DNA from: Cyanophora paradoxa CCMP329
Lineage: Eukaryota; Plantae; Glaucophyta
Assembly (NCBI GenBank): GCA_004431415.1
Contig: QPMI01000324.1
Location: 1-55,682 of the forward strand
Reading direction: 5' to 3'
Length of the DNA stretch: 55,682 bases
The position numbers were made by a program, and so were the translations under genes. The notes below the pieces were generated by a model that did no database searches, was not told the origin of the DNA, and worked only from the letters and a program-made list of their open reading frames with translations. Shown one piece after another: positions 35,846 through 48,400 of the stretch (positions are counted from its first letter, which is position 1; every line of letters begins with the position of its first letter).

Positions 35846-38790
35846 GTCGGAGGAGGGGGGCGGGGGGGGGGGGGGAGGTAAAGAGCCACACCGGAGAGCG
35901 GCGCCGCCACCTGGGGGGGCCTCCGCCCCGCCCTCAGAGCCGCGCTGCAGACTGCCGAGCCTCCACCCCGCCCATCGGCCTCCACCCGCCGGGCCTCCGC
36001 CCCGCCCTCCGAGCCGCCCCCCGCCCGCTGCGCCGCCGCCCCGTCCCGCGAGCCACCCCGCCGCCCGCCGCGCCTCTAGATCTGCCCGTCCCGCGAGCCG
36101 TGCCGCCGCCGTCCGCTGCTGCCCCGTGCGGCGAGCCGCACCGCCGAAGGCCGCGCCGTGTCGCGTCCTGCGCATCGTCAGCTACGCATTCGCGCGCCGC
36201 TGGCCCCAAGCTATGCTTGGGAGGCGCACCCGAGGCGGCCGCCAATCGGGAGTGTGGCGTCGTTCCGCGCGCACGCAGCGCCCGGCGAGTCCAGACCCAC
36301 ATGCAATGCGGGCGCATCTTAGAGGAATGCTTCGCGCACGGAAGCGTGCGAGAGCTCGAAGTCAGCGGCGGCCAGCGTGCCACCCAACCGTCGACGCGTT
36401 GATCATGAACGCTCCTAACAGGCCGCTGGTCAGAGACGGCGATCTGCGGGCGTGAGTGAGACGTACGGCGAGTATCCGGACAGGTAGGCGAAGAACTTGG
36501 CGAGCACGGCGAAGACGGGCGGTTGGGAACAAGCAAGTCAGCGCGCGGGGCGCGCGGATGCAGTCGAGGCGGAGGCCAGTCCTGCGGTAACACCATCTGG
36601 CTGGCGAAATAGCCGCGCGCTGCGTGCCGCGAGCGGCCGCCAAGTCTGCGTGGTGCGAAGCGCATCTGGCCCGAGTTCGACGGGAGCTGGAGCGGGAAGC
36701 TGAGGAGCTGCAGACTCTGCAGCTGCAGCCAGCCGAGCGTACTTGAGGCCAAGGGCGCGAGCGAAGCAGCTGGCACCGCTGGGGCTCGTTCGTAAAAAAA
36801 AGAGGGGGGGGGGAATACCTGCCATTATCCTCGAGTATCCTTGAAAAATGCATTTCGGGTTGCTACAGGTGCGAACAGTGAAGCGAATGCTTGTTTTAAT
36901 TGTACTCAGGCATCTAGTAATTGTTTAAACACTAAGCTGTGACTCTAGACCCTCTGGACGCACTCTCTTGTGGCTGAAATCCAGGGGGGCAAAGAAGTGA
37001 AAATGACCAAATTAGTCTCTGCAGGATCGCATCCATATGCTCTCAAGCACTCCTGAAGTAAGTTATTAATTACAAGAGTGATATGATGCCGCTTTCGGAA
37101 GGCTGAATACGAGTTTTCGCTGAGATCATGCAGGGGCCATGGTTGAAACATGCCATGCTCTCACGGGTCGCTAGCACCGACTCAAGACACGCTGAATACC
37201 TCTTTAGAAAGCCCTTAACTTCCAGATTACAGGAATAAAATTTTTGTCCGGTCTGCCGATTCCCGGAACGTCGGTGCAGCTTCATGTGTCTCACTGAGCA
37301 CATCATGATCACAACCTTGTGACTTGCTGATTGGCTCATCTTCTCTTCAGTACTGAAAGGAGTCATTCCCGGAATTGCCAATTACCGTCAAACTGAAGTC
37401 ATCAAAGCTTTCGAGGGTCCTCTCTCTGAATTCGAAACGATCCGGGTTTAGATCTAAAGCCGTTAGGCGCTAGCACCTTTTTTTGCCAAGGGGGGGGCCT
37501 GTGACTCATTGAGGTGCACGAGCACCAGCAATGCGTGCCACGTCATGTACTGCTCCTTATAGAGAGGGTTTGATGCATTGGAAGGCGGTTCGAAGCGAGG
37601 AACGCACATGACCAGACCTGGGTCTAGGCCTAGCGGTCCGGCGAAGGGAATTTGTTGTCGTACCCCAAACTTGCTGACCGCCGTGACCGGTGACTGCGCT
37701 GGCTGGCCCTCGCGGCGGCAGACGGCCTTGCCAGATAGCTGCAAGTCCTGGCAGCACGGCGGCTCGGTGCGTCGGTTCTGGGCTTCGCCGCGCAGCCGGA
37801 CTCCCTGACTCTGCGAACAGGCCGAGCAGCAGTGCTGTTGCTGCAGTGAACGCGGCCGCTTTGAGAGCGAACGATGCTTGAAGCCACCTCTTGCGCCTCG
37901 AGGCTCTCGCCCAGCTCGTGCTGGGTCTGATTTCAAACGCAGACTGTCGCTGCCCCTGCTGCTTGGTTCGGCCGCGGCCGCGAACGCTCTTGAACGCTTC
38001 GCTGTCGACCTCCTTTCGCCCTTAATCTCTACTCGTTGCCCGGCCGCCGCCGGCCAGCTGCTGTTCCTTTGACAGGCCCGCGCAGAAAGGAGAGGACGCT
38101 GCCGATGCGAAGCAAGGTGATTCTGGTTTCCGTCTGTTTGCTCCAATTGCTCATCCCGCTTGCATGTCAGGGAACACGCACGACCGCGCCCCGCGAGCAC
38201 GGCCAAGTGGCGGTCGCGACTTGCTCGGTGGCGCTCTTGGCGGCCGGGCGGGAAGCGGTCCCGATGGCCAAGAAAGCTCGCGGACGATGCTAACGCACGA
38301 GCCTCGCTAACACGGCGCGCTTCGCCCGGTTCCGGGTTCTGTCTCTTCCATCACTCGCAGCCCGCCTGGCTCCTTCTCCCGCAGGCCAGGTGCTCGCTCT
38401 TGTTTCCGCTACTCTCGCCTTGATCTTGTTCTGACACCGGTGACGCGCGCAGCGCAGCGGGTGCCGTTCACACGCGGCCGGCATCTCGCACTTCTTGCGG
38501 CGGGAGCTCGGATGGGTGCGGTCTTTTCGCAGGCGCGCGTTCTTCTCTTCTTTCGCTTGACGCTCCGAGCGCAGCGAGCACCTCGTCCTCGCCCTCGGCT
38601 ACGGGCGGAGATGGCGCCGCTGTCATTGTCACTCCGCCCTTCAGCCGCTTCTCTTTGCCGAGGTGCGCAGCCGCGCGCGCGCATGCCGACGTTATCTCTT
38701 TCTGTTCGAACGTCCAGTGACCGCGATGCGCACAGCGCAACGAGCGCCGCGAGGTGCCGCATGACCTTGTGCAGGTTGCGTTGCTTCACG
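35846..38790 (-). repeat. repeat family R, longest copy (~2.9 kb); 35846-37314 is the right arm of the inverted repeat
   Basis: Joins the 5' part (homologous to 21455-22480) to the 3' part (26087-27558) on one strand. Confidence 0.8.
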
Positions 38791-39284
38791 TCTGATCCGG
38801 TCTGCTAGCGCTGCTCCCTTCACTTGCAGAGGCGCACAGCTCGTTTTTGACACTCGCGTGCTCGCAGCAACCAGCGATCGTGCTGCTAGCTGGGCGGCGG
38901 GTCAGGAGCTCGCTGTTTTCGGGAGTATGGCTCAGAGGGAGGGGGCAGCAGCTGCAACTCGTTCTCTCGGTGCTAGCTATTGACAGGGCTGCGCTGCCTG
39001 CGCGTGCATGCATTTTTCGCTGGCAATGCGTTTTCTGTATACGTATGACTGCTTTCTGTATAAAGAGGTGGGAGCTTTGGAGAGCAGCGGCCCTGCCGGG
39101 GCTTCCTAGGCCTGCACATGCGCATCCCCAGCTGGAGAGTGCCCCCGGGCCGCGACCGGCGCCGGCGTCGGCGCCGGCGCCCCGGCCTGGCCATGGTCCG
39201 GGCCACGGCCGGCCGGCCGGCAAGTTGAGATAATTTTGAGTTAACTTTAATTACTAAAATCGAGGTTTTTACCGATTTACACAG

Positions 39285-39485
39285 GGTACCGGTACCGGAC
39301 CTACCGGTTGCACACAGGCCTACATGGGTAAACGCAGGTTTGCATGGGTAAACACAGGGAACATGGGAAGGCACAGGCGGACATGGGTAAACACAGGCGG
39401 ACATGGGTAGGCACAGGTTTACATGGGTAGGCACAGGTGGACACAGGTCGACACAGGTCGACACAGATTGCACCAGATTGCACCG
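39285..39485. repeat. minisatellite of ACACAGG/ACATGGGTA units
   Basis: Degenerate 10/20-bp periodicity. Confidence 0.8.
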
Positions 39486-39504
39486 GAGAAGGTTTCAGCA
39501 ACCT

Positions 39505-39890
39505 AGGGGAGGCAGCTCGCCGGGCCGGGCGGAGGCGCGGCGGGCGGCCGCGAGGCTCCGCTGGGCGGGGCGGAGGCGCGGCGGGCGGCCGCAAGGCTCC
39601 GCTGGGCGGGGCAGAGGCGCGGCGGGCGGTGGCGGTGGCTCGCGGGGCGGGACAGAGGCGCAGCGGGCGGCGGCAAGGCTCGCCAGGTGGGCCGGGGGCG
39701 CGGCGGGCGGCGCGGCTCGCCGGGCGAGAATGTGGCGCGGCGGGCAGCGGCGGGGCTCCGCCGTGCGGGCGGAGGCGCGGCGGGCGGCGGAGGCAGCTCG
39801 CCGGGCGTGGCGAAGGCGTGGAAGGTGTGGGGTGGGACGGAGGCGCGGCGGGCGGCGTCGGTGGCTTGCGAGGCGGAGAACATCCGGGCG
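39505..39890. repeat. GC-rich degenerate tandem repeat (GGAGGCGCGGCGGGCGG)
   Basis: Motif recurs about 7 times and resembles the GC-rich end of repeat R. Confidence 0.65.
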
Positions 39891-40523
39891 GTCACATGTG
39901 CCTGTAACCCAGTATTCTTTTAATGGCAGCTAGAGACTCATGATCATGATCATGTGCAAAGAAGTGCGAAGTCGCCGCGCTGAGCATATGAGAACGGACG
40001 AGCTGACGAGAACTTCAGATTCGGATTTCCCACCGTCGAAATGGGCGGGGTGCAAATGTGGAGTCAGTTGCGGACCCAGATGACGGAGCGGCGTCAGGTC
40101 AAGTGAGCTCTCCGAGACTGTCAACTTGCCCCAAAGAGGCCTCAACGACAGAAATCACCAAGGATAGCATCTTATCTGACAAGTTACATCCGGGCGATGA
40201 GACGCTTTCGGGGGTTCTTGACAGTGCTGGATTTGATTTTGAGGTCGGTGCAGGCCGCAAGCTAGCTCGTAGCGCGCCGTGCATTATTTTGCAGGGCAAG
40301 TCGCCATTATTTTTGGCGGGCATTTTGAGGCCTTCCCGCTCGCCAGGAAATGCGAATAGAAGCCCGGCAGCCGGTAATCAGGTTGAGGCCCTATCTAACA
40401 CGCTATCAAATGACTCGTTTCCGTTGGTATCTGAGCTGGAAAGGCACGGGCGGACTGGGAATCGGCTCTCAAAATTGATCTCGGGAGAAATATATCTGCA
40501 CTTTTGGAGTATTGCAAGACTGG

Positions 40524-40921
40524 GTCGACAGAATCAGTCGATCGACAGAATCAGTCGATCGACTGATTCTGAGCCAGAATCGGTCGACCGATTCTGTCAA
40601 ATTTTATCGACTGACTCTGCGACAGAATCGGTCGACAAAATCAGTCGATCGACAGAATCAGTCGATCGACTGATTCTGCACCAGAATCGGTCGACCGATT
40701 CTGTCAAATTTTATCGACTGACTCTGCGACAGAATCGGTCGACAAAATCAGTCGATCGACCAACTCTGTCGATCGACTGATTCTGCGCCAGAATTGGTCG
40801 ACCGATTCTGTCGATTTTTATCGACTGACTCTGCGACAGAATCGGTCGACAAAATCAGTCGATCGACCAACTCTGTCGATCGACTGATTCTGCGTCAGAA
40901 TCGGTCGACCGATTCTGCCGA
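40524..40921. repeat. palindromic foldback array, 107-bp period, TCGA/CAGAATC cores
   Basis: Unit starts at 40574, 40681 and 40788; followed by GAATTCGAATTC and (TA)n. Confidence 0.88.
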
Positions 40922-40937
40922 TAGAATTCGAATTCGA

Positions 40938-40969
<32 letters not shown>

Positions 40970-41793
40970 GGCCCCCCCCATAATTTTTTCCCAGGTGCTC
41001 GTCCGAAATGGGGTCCCGGAATCGAACCCGCGTTTTTTTGATACTGCAGACGGCAACCTCCGACCCCCCTTGGACGCGCTTTACCCAAGCTCGCCCCTCA
41101 CAGATCTCGCGATCCGTCCTCGGTTGTCATATCCGAGATCCTACCCGCATCCGGCTGCGCCCTCTCAGTGATTGGTCGATGCCGCCTCCCTCCCCTCTAA
41201 TATATCATATGCATATATCCTCGACCACTAGCGCACACGGATGCAACAGGTTAAGCCTTTAGAATTAACCTTACATTCGATCTTCTACCTGGCTCGATCA
41301 CTAGCGCACGTTTTATTTTTAGCCTCCTGGCTCCCCTAAGAAGATCGCTCTCCCGTGGGCGTCGCGCGAAAATCGATACTGTACTTACTTAACCTCCGAC
41401 AAATGCAGTCCTCCTTTCCCTCCAGGATCAATTCCGGTACTTAACCTCCGACAAATGCAGTCCGCGTCAGAAGGTGGGACCCGGTCCCGCCCGGTCCCGC
41501 GACGAAATCGCGCTAGGGACGCCCCAAAACGATACAGAATGACGTGCAAGCGCGAGCGCATCGCCACAAGCCCTTGAAGCTCGATTTCGGGCGCCCTCGA
41601 CTCTCCAGTGCGAAGATTCGGCTGAAAATTTGATCCGGCCGGTTCCGGCCGGTCCCGCGACGCGCGCAATCGATGCGTACTGGCGCGCATAGACATAGCA
41701 GGGCCTGTGTACTCCAGAAATCCGCTTTTCGGAGCCGGAACAGTGCAGGAAGGTACCCGACTATATCTGCACTTTTGGAGTATTGCAATACCT

Positions 41794-42036
41794 TCGACAG
41801 AATCTGCGACAGAATCAGTCGATAAAATTTGACAGAATCGGTCGACCGATTCTGGTGCAGAATCAGTTGATCGACAGATTCTGTCGATCGACTGATTTTG
41901 TCGACCGATTCTGTCGCAGAGTCTGTCGATAAAATTTGACAGAATCGGTCGACCGATTCTGGCGCAGAATCAGTCGATCGACAGATTTGGTCGATCGACT
42001 GATTTTGTCGACCGATTCTGTCGCAGAGTCTGTCGA
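41794..42036. repeat. second palindromic array, inverted relative to 40524-40921
   Basis: Reverse-complement units; its own ends form a 23-bp inverted repeat with 1 mismatch. Confidence 0.88.
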
Positions 42037-42452
42037 TCTGTTGTGTTTTTATTTTATTATAATTTCAACCTAATCTGCCGATCCATATCTTAATTATAAT
42101 GAGCCAGTTGTATATATATTCTTAATAATTTGTGGCCTGGCCCTAGGCCTCGCCTGCTGCATGCGCCTGCTGTCTACGTATACTGGGGTCCTGAATCCTG
42201 ATCGATATATATATATATTATATACTCTCTCGGGCCCAGGCCAGGCGCCTGCCCGGCTCCAGCAATCCAGCAGGCCCCGGGCGCGCCTTGTGCCCACGTG
42301 CCTCACCCACACAAATCATTAGGCAGGGATGGCTCGGATTCTCCAGAGCACTCTGACAGGTCTGCAGAACCAGGGTGTGTGTTCCTTTTCTAGTTTCAGG
42401 TTTGGGTTCCCAGCTCCCCCCATTACCCCCCGAAATCTCACAGGGGTCCCCA

Positions 42453-45400
42453 CCCCAAACACTCGGCAGGGATCCCACTTGGAATGGCAGAGCCTCCTAC
42501 AGGGCCTCTGCTGGGCAGGGTGCACCTGCCTAAGGCTAGCACCTTGTGCATGTTCCCCCTGGAAAGGTTTTGTGTGCACCTGACCTTGCTTTTGTGGACC
42601 CGACGGGAATTCAAAATGACCAGGGCTAAGAGGGAGCGAACCCAGGAAACATTCAAGTTCCCAAACACTCGGCAGGGATCCCACTTGGAAGGGCAGAGCC
42701 TCTTAGAGGGCCACTGCTGGGCAGGGTGCACCTGCCTAAGGCTAGTGCCTTGTGCATGTTCCCCCTGGAAAGGTTTTGTGTGCACCTGACCTTGCTTTTG
42801 TGGGCCCAACGGGAATTCAAACTGACCAGGGCTAAGAAGGAGTGAACCCCGGAAACATTCAAGTCCCCAAACACTCGGCAGGGATCCCACTTGGAAGGGC
42901 AGAGCCTCGTACAGGGCCTCTGCTGGGCAGGGTGCACCTGCCTAAGGCTAGCGCCTTGTGCATGTTCCCCCTGGAAAGGTTTTGTGTGCACCTGACCTTG
43001 CTTTTGTGGGCCCGACGGGAATTCAAACTGACCAGGGCTAAGAAGGAGTGAACCCAGGAAACATTCAAGTCCCCAAACACTGGGGGGGCTCCCACTTGGA
43101 AGGGCAGAGCCTCGTACAGGGCCTCTGCTGGGCAGGGTGCACCTGCCTAAGGCTAGTGCCTTGTGCATATTGCCCCTGGAACGGTTTTGTGTGCACCTGA
43201 CCTTGCTTTTGTGGGCCCGACGGGAATTCAAACTGACCACGGCTAAAAGGGAGTGAACCAGGGAAACATTCAAGTCCCCAAACACTCTGCAGGGATCCCA
43301 CTTGGAAGGGCAGAGCCTCTACAGGGCCTCTGCTGGGCAGGGTGCACCTGCCTAAGGCTAGCGCCTTGTGCATGTTCCCCTGGAAAGTTTTGTGTGCACC
43401 TGACCTTGCTTTTGTGGGCCCGACGGGAATTCAAACTGACCAGGGCTAAGAAGGAGTGAACCCAGGAAACATTCAAGTCCCCAAACACTGGGGGGGCTCC
43501 CACTTGGATGGGCAGAGCCTCTTAGAGGGCCACTGCTGGCAGGGTGCACCTGCCTAAGGCTAGCGCCTTGTGCATGTTCCCCCTGGAAAGGTTTTGTGTG
43601 CACCTGACCTTGCTTTTGTGGGCCCAACGGGAATTCAAACTGACCAGGGCTAAGAAGGAGTGAACCCCGGAAACATTCAAGTCCCCAAACACTCGGCAGG
43701 GATCCCACTTGGAAGGGCAGAGCCTCTACAGGGCCACTGCTGGGCAGGGTGCACCTGCCTAAGGCTAGCGCCTTGTGCATGTTCCCCTGGAAAGTTTTTG
43801 TGTGCACCTGACCTTGCTTTTGTGGGCCCGACGGGAATTCAAACTGACCAGGGCTAAGAGGGAGTGAACCCGGGAAACATTCAAGTCCCCAAACACTGGA
43901 GGGATCCCACTTGGAAGGGCAGAGCCTCGTACAGGGCCTCTGCTGGGCAGGGTGCACCTGCCTAAGGCTAGCGCCTTGTGCATGTTCCCCCTGGAAAGGT
44001 TTTGTGTGCACCTGACCTTGCTTTGTGGGCCCAACGGGAATTCAAACTGACCAGGGCTAAGAGGAGTGAACCAGGAAACATTCAAGTCCCAAACACTGGG
44101 GGTCCCACTTGGAAGGGCAGAGCCTCTACAGGGCCTCTGCTGGGCAGGGTGCACCTGCCTAAGGCTAGCGCCTTGTGCATGTTCCCCTGGAAAGGTTTTG
44201 TGTGCACCTGACCTTGCTTTGTGGGCCCAACGGGAATTCAAACTGACCAGGGCTAAGAGGAGTGAACCCAGGAAACATTCAAGTCCCCAAACACTCGGCA
44301 GGGATCCCACTTGGAAGGGCAGAGCCTCGTACAGGGCCTCTGCTGGGCAGGGTGCACCTGCCTAAGGCTAGCGCCTTGTGCATGTTCCCCCTGGAAAGGT
44401 TTTGTGTGCACCTGACCTTGCTTTTGTGGGCCCGACGGGAATTCAAACTGACCAGGGCTAAGAGGGAGTGAACCAGGGAAACATTCAAGTCCCCAAACAC
44501 TCGGCAGGGATCCCACTTGGAAGGGCAGAGCCTCTTAGAGGGCCTCTGCTGGGCAGGGTGCACCTGCCTAAGGCTAGCGCCTTGTGCATGTTCCCCCTGG
44601 AAAGGTTTTGTGTGCACCTGACCTTGCTTTTGTGGGCCCGACGGGAATTCAAACTGACCAGGGCTAAGAGGAGTGAACCCAGGAAACATTCAAGTCCCCA
44701 AACACTCGGCAGGGATCCCACTTGGAAGGGCAGAGCCTCCTACAGGGCCTCTGCTGGGCAGGGTGCACCTGCCTAAGGCTAGCGCCTTGTGCATGTTCCC
44801 CCTGGAAAGGTTTTGTGTGCACCTGACCTTGCTTTTGTGGGCCCAACGGGAATTCAAACTGACCAGGGCTAAGAGGAGTGAACCCCGGAAACATTCAAGT
44901 CCCCAAACACTCGGCAGGGATCCCACTTGGAAGGGCAGAGCCTCGTACAGGGCCTCTGCTGGGCAGGGTGCACCTGCCTAAGGCTAGCGCCTTGTGCATG
45001 TTCCCCCTGGAAAGGTTTTGTGTGCACCTGACCTTGCTTTTGTGGGCCCGACGGGAATTCAAACTGACCAGGGCTAAGAGGAGTGAACCCAGGAAACATT
45101 CAAGTCCCCAAACACTCGGCAGGGATCCCACTTGGAAGGGCAGAGCCTCGTACAGGGCCTCTGCTGGGCAGGGTGCACCTGCCTAAGGCTAGCGCCTTGT
45201 GCATGTTCCCCCTGGAAAGGTTTTGTGTGCACCTGACCTTGCTTTTGTGGGCCCGACGGGAATTCAAACTGACCAGGGCTAAGAGGGAGTGAACCAGGGA
45301 AACATTCAAGTCCCCAAACACTCGGCAGGGATCCCACTTGGAAGGGCAGAGCCTCGTACAGGGCCTCTGCTGGGCAGGGTGCACCTGCCTAAGGCTAGCG

Positions 45401-48400
45401 CCTTGTGCATGTTCCCCCTGGAAAGTTTTGTGTGCACCTGACCTTGCTTTTGTGGGCCCGACGGGAATTCAAACTGACCAGGGCTAAGAGGGAGTGAACC
45501 CAGGAAACATTCAAGTCCCCAAACACTCGGCAGGGATCCCACTTGGAAGGGCAGAGCCTCGTACAGGGCCTCTGCTGGGCAGGGTGCACCTGCCTAAGGC
45601 TAGCGCCTTGTGCATGTTCCCCTGGAAAGTTTTGTGTGCACCTGACCTTGCTTTGTGGGCCCGACGGGAATTCAAACTGACCAGGGCTAAGAGGAGTGAA
45701 CCCAGGAAACATTCAAGTCCCCAAACACTCGGCAGGGATCCCACTTGGATGGGCAGAGCCTCTTAGAGGGCCTCTGCTGGGCAGGGTGCACCTGCCTAAG
45801 GCTAGCGCCTTGTGCATGTTCCCCCTGGAAAGGTTTTGTGTGCACCTGACCTTGCTTTTGTGGGCCCAACGGGAATTCAAACTGACCAGGGCTAAGAGGG
45901 AGTGAACCCAGGAAACATTCAAGTCCCCAAACACTCGGCAGGGATCCCACTTGGAAGGGCAGAGCCTCGTACAGGGCCTCTGCTGGGCAGGGTGCACCTG
46001 CCTAAGGCTAGCGCCTTGTGCATGTTCCCCCTGGAAAGGTTTTGTGTGCACCTGACCTTGCTTTTGTGGGCCCGACGGGAATTCAAACTGACCAGGGCTA
46101 AGAGGAGTGAACCCAGGAAACATTCAAGTCCCAAACACTGGGGGGATCCCACTGGGAAGGGCAGAGCCTCCTACAGGGCCTCTGCTGGGCAGGGTGCACC
46201 TGCCTAAGGCTAGCGCCTTGTGCATGTTCCCCTGGAAAGTTTTGTGTGCACCTGACCTTGCTTTGTGGGCCCACGGGAATTCAAACTGACCAGGGCTAAG
46301 AGGGAGTGAACCCAGGAAACATTCAAGTCCCCAAACACTCGGCAGGGATCCCACTTGGAAGGGCAGAGCCTCGTACAGGGCCTCTGCTGGGCAGGGTGCA
46401 CCTGCCTAAGGCTAGCGCCTTGTGCATGTTCCCCCTGGAAAGGTTTTGTGTGCACCTGACCTTGCTTTTGTGGGCCCAACGGGAATTCAAACTGACCAGG
46501 GCTAAGAGGAGTGAACCCAGGAAACATTCAAGTCCCCAAACACTCGGCAGGGATCCCACTTGGAAGGGCAGAGCCTCGTACAGGGCCTCTGCTGGGCAGG
46601 GTGCACCTGCCTAAGGCTAGCGCCTTGTGCATGTTCCCCCTGGAAAGGTTTTGTGTGCACCTGACCTTGCTTTGTGGGCCCGACGGGAATTCAAACTGAC
46701 CAGGGCTAAGAGGAGTGAACCCAGGAAACATTCAAGTCCCCAAACACTCGGCAGGGATCCCACTTGGAAGGGCAGAGCCTCGTACAGGGCCTCTGCTGGG
46801 CAGGGTGCACCTGCCTAAGGCTAGCGCCTTGTGCATGTTCCCCTGGAAAGTTTTGTGTGCACCTGACCTTGCTTTGTGGGCCCGACGGGAATTCAAACTG
46901 ACCAGGGCTAAGAGGAGTGAACCAGGAAACATTCAAGTCCCCAAACACTGGGGGTCCCACTTGGAAGGGCAGAGCCTCTACAGGGCCTCTGCTGGGCAGG
47001 GTGCACCTGCCTAAGGCTAGCGCCTTGTGCATGTTCCCCTGGAAAGTTTTGTGTGCACCTGACCTTGCTTTTGTGGGCCAACGGGAATTCAAACTGACCA
47101 GGGCTAAGAGGAGTGAACCAGGAAACATTCAAGTCCCCAAACACTCGGCAGGGATCCCACTTGGAAGGGCAGAGCCTCTACAGGGCCTCTGCTGGGCAGG
47201 GTGCACCTGCCTAAGGCTAGCGCCTTGTGCATGTTCCCCTGGAAAGGTTTTGTGTGCACCTGACCTTGCTTTGTGGGCCCGACGGGAATTCAAACTGACC
47301 AGGCTAAGAGGAGTGAACCCAGGAAACATTCAAGTCCCCAAACACTCGCAGGGATCCCACTTGGAAGGGCAGAGCCTCTACAGGGCCTCTGCTGGGCAGG
47401 GTGCACCTGCCTAAGGCTAGCGCCTTGTGCATGTTCCCCTGGAAAGGTTTTGTGTGCACCTGACCTTGCTTTTGTGGGCCCGACGGGAATTCAAACTGAC
47501 CAGGGCTAAGAGGAGTGAACCCAGGAAACATTCAAGTCCCCAAACACTCGGCAGGGATCCCACTTGGATGGGCAGAGCCTCGTACAGGGCCTCTGCTGGG
47601 CAGGGTGCACCTGCCTAAGGCTAGCACCTTGTGCATGTTCCCCCTGGAAAGGTTTTGTGTGCACCTGACCTTGCTTTTGTGGGCCCGACGGGAATTCAAA
47701 CTGACCAGGGCTAAGAGGGAGTGAACCCAGGAAACATTCAAGTCCCCAAACACTCGGCAGGGATCCCACTTGGAAGGGCAGAGCCTCCTACAGGGCCTCT
47801 GCTGGGCAGGGTGCACCTGCCTAAGGCTAGCGCCTTGTGCATGTTCCCCCTGGAAAGGTTTTGTGTGCACCTGACCTTGCTTTTGTGGGCCCGACGGGAA
47901 TTCAAACTGACCAGGGCTAAGAGGGAGTGAACCCAGGAAACATTCAAGTCCCCAAACACTCGGCAGGGATCCCACTTGGAAGGGCAGAGCCTCGTACAGG
48001 GCCTCTGCTGGGCAGGGTGCACCTGCCTAAGGCTAGCGCCTTGTGCATGTTCCCCCTGGAAAGGTTTTGTGTGCACCTGACCTTGCTTTTGTGGGCCCGA
48101 CGGGAATTCAAACTGACCAGGGCTAAGAAGGAGTGAACCCCGGAAACATTCAAGTCCCCAAACACTCGGCAGGGATCCCACTTGGATGGGCAGAGCCTCT
48201 TAGAGGGCCACTGCTGGGCAGGGTGCACCTGCCTAAGGCTAGCGCCTTGTGCATGTTCCCCCTGGAAAGGTTTTGTGTGCACCTGACCTTGCTTTTGTGG
48301 GCCCGACGGGAATTCAAACTGACCAGGGCTAAGAGGGAGTGAACCCAGGAAACATTCAAGTCCCCAAACACTCGGCAGGGATCCCACTTGGAAGGGCAGA

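Noticed and set aside
26087-37314. DIRS or Polinton element bounded by long terminal inverted repeats
   Set aside because: The interior encodes an APE-type LINE with no tyrosine recombinase, integrase or PolB, and the arms belong to repeat R, which extends beyond the right arm.
36830-37650. Protein-coding gene in the lower-GC core of repeat R
   Set aside because: Only short ORFs, with stops in the frames examined and no recognisable motif.
41005-41095. tRNA gene or SINE head on the minus strand (AGCTTGGGTAAAGCG ... GGGTTCGATTCC)
   Set aside because: A/B-box-like words are present, but the T-stem, anticodon arm and acceptor stem do not pair.
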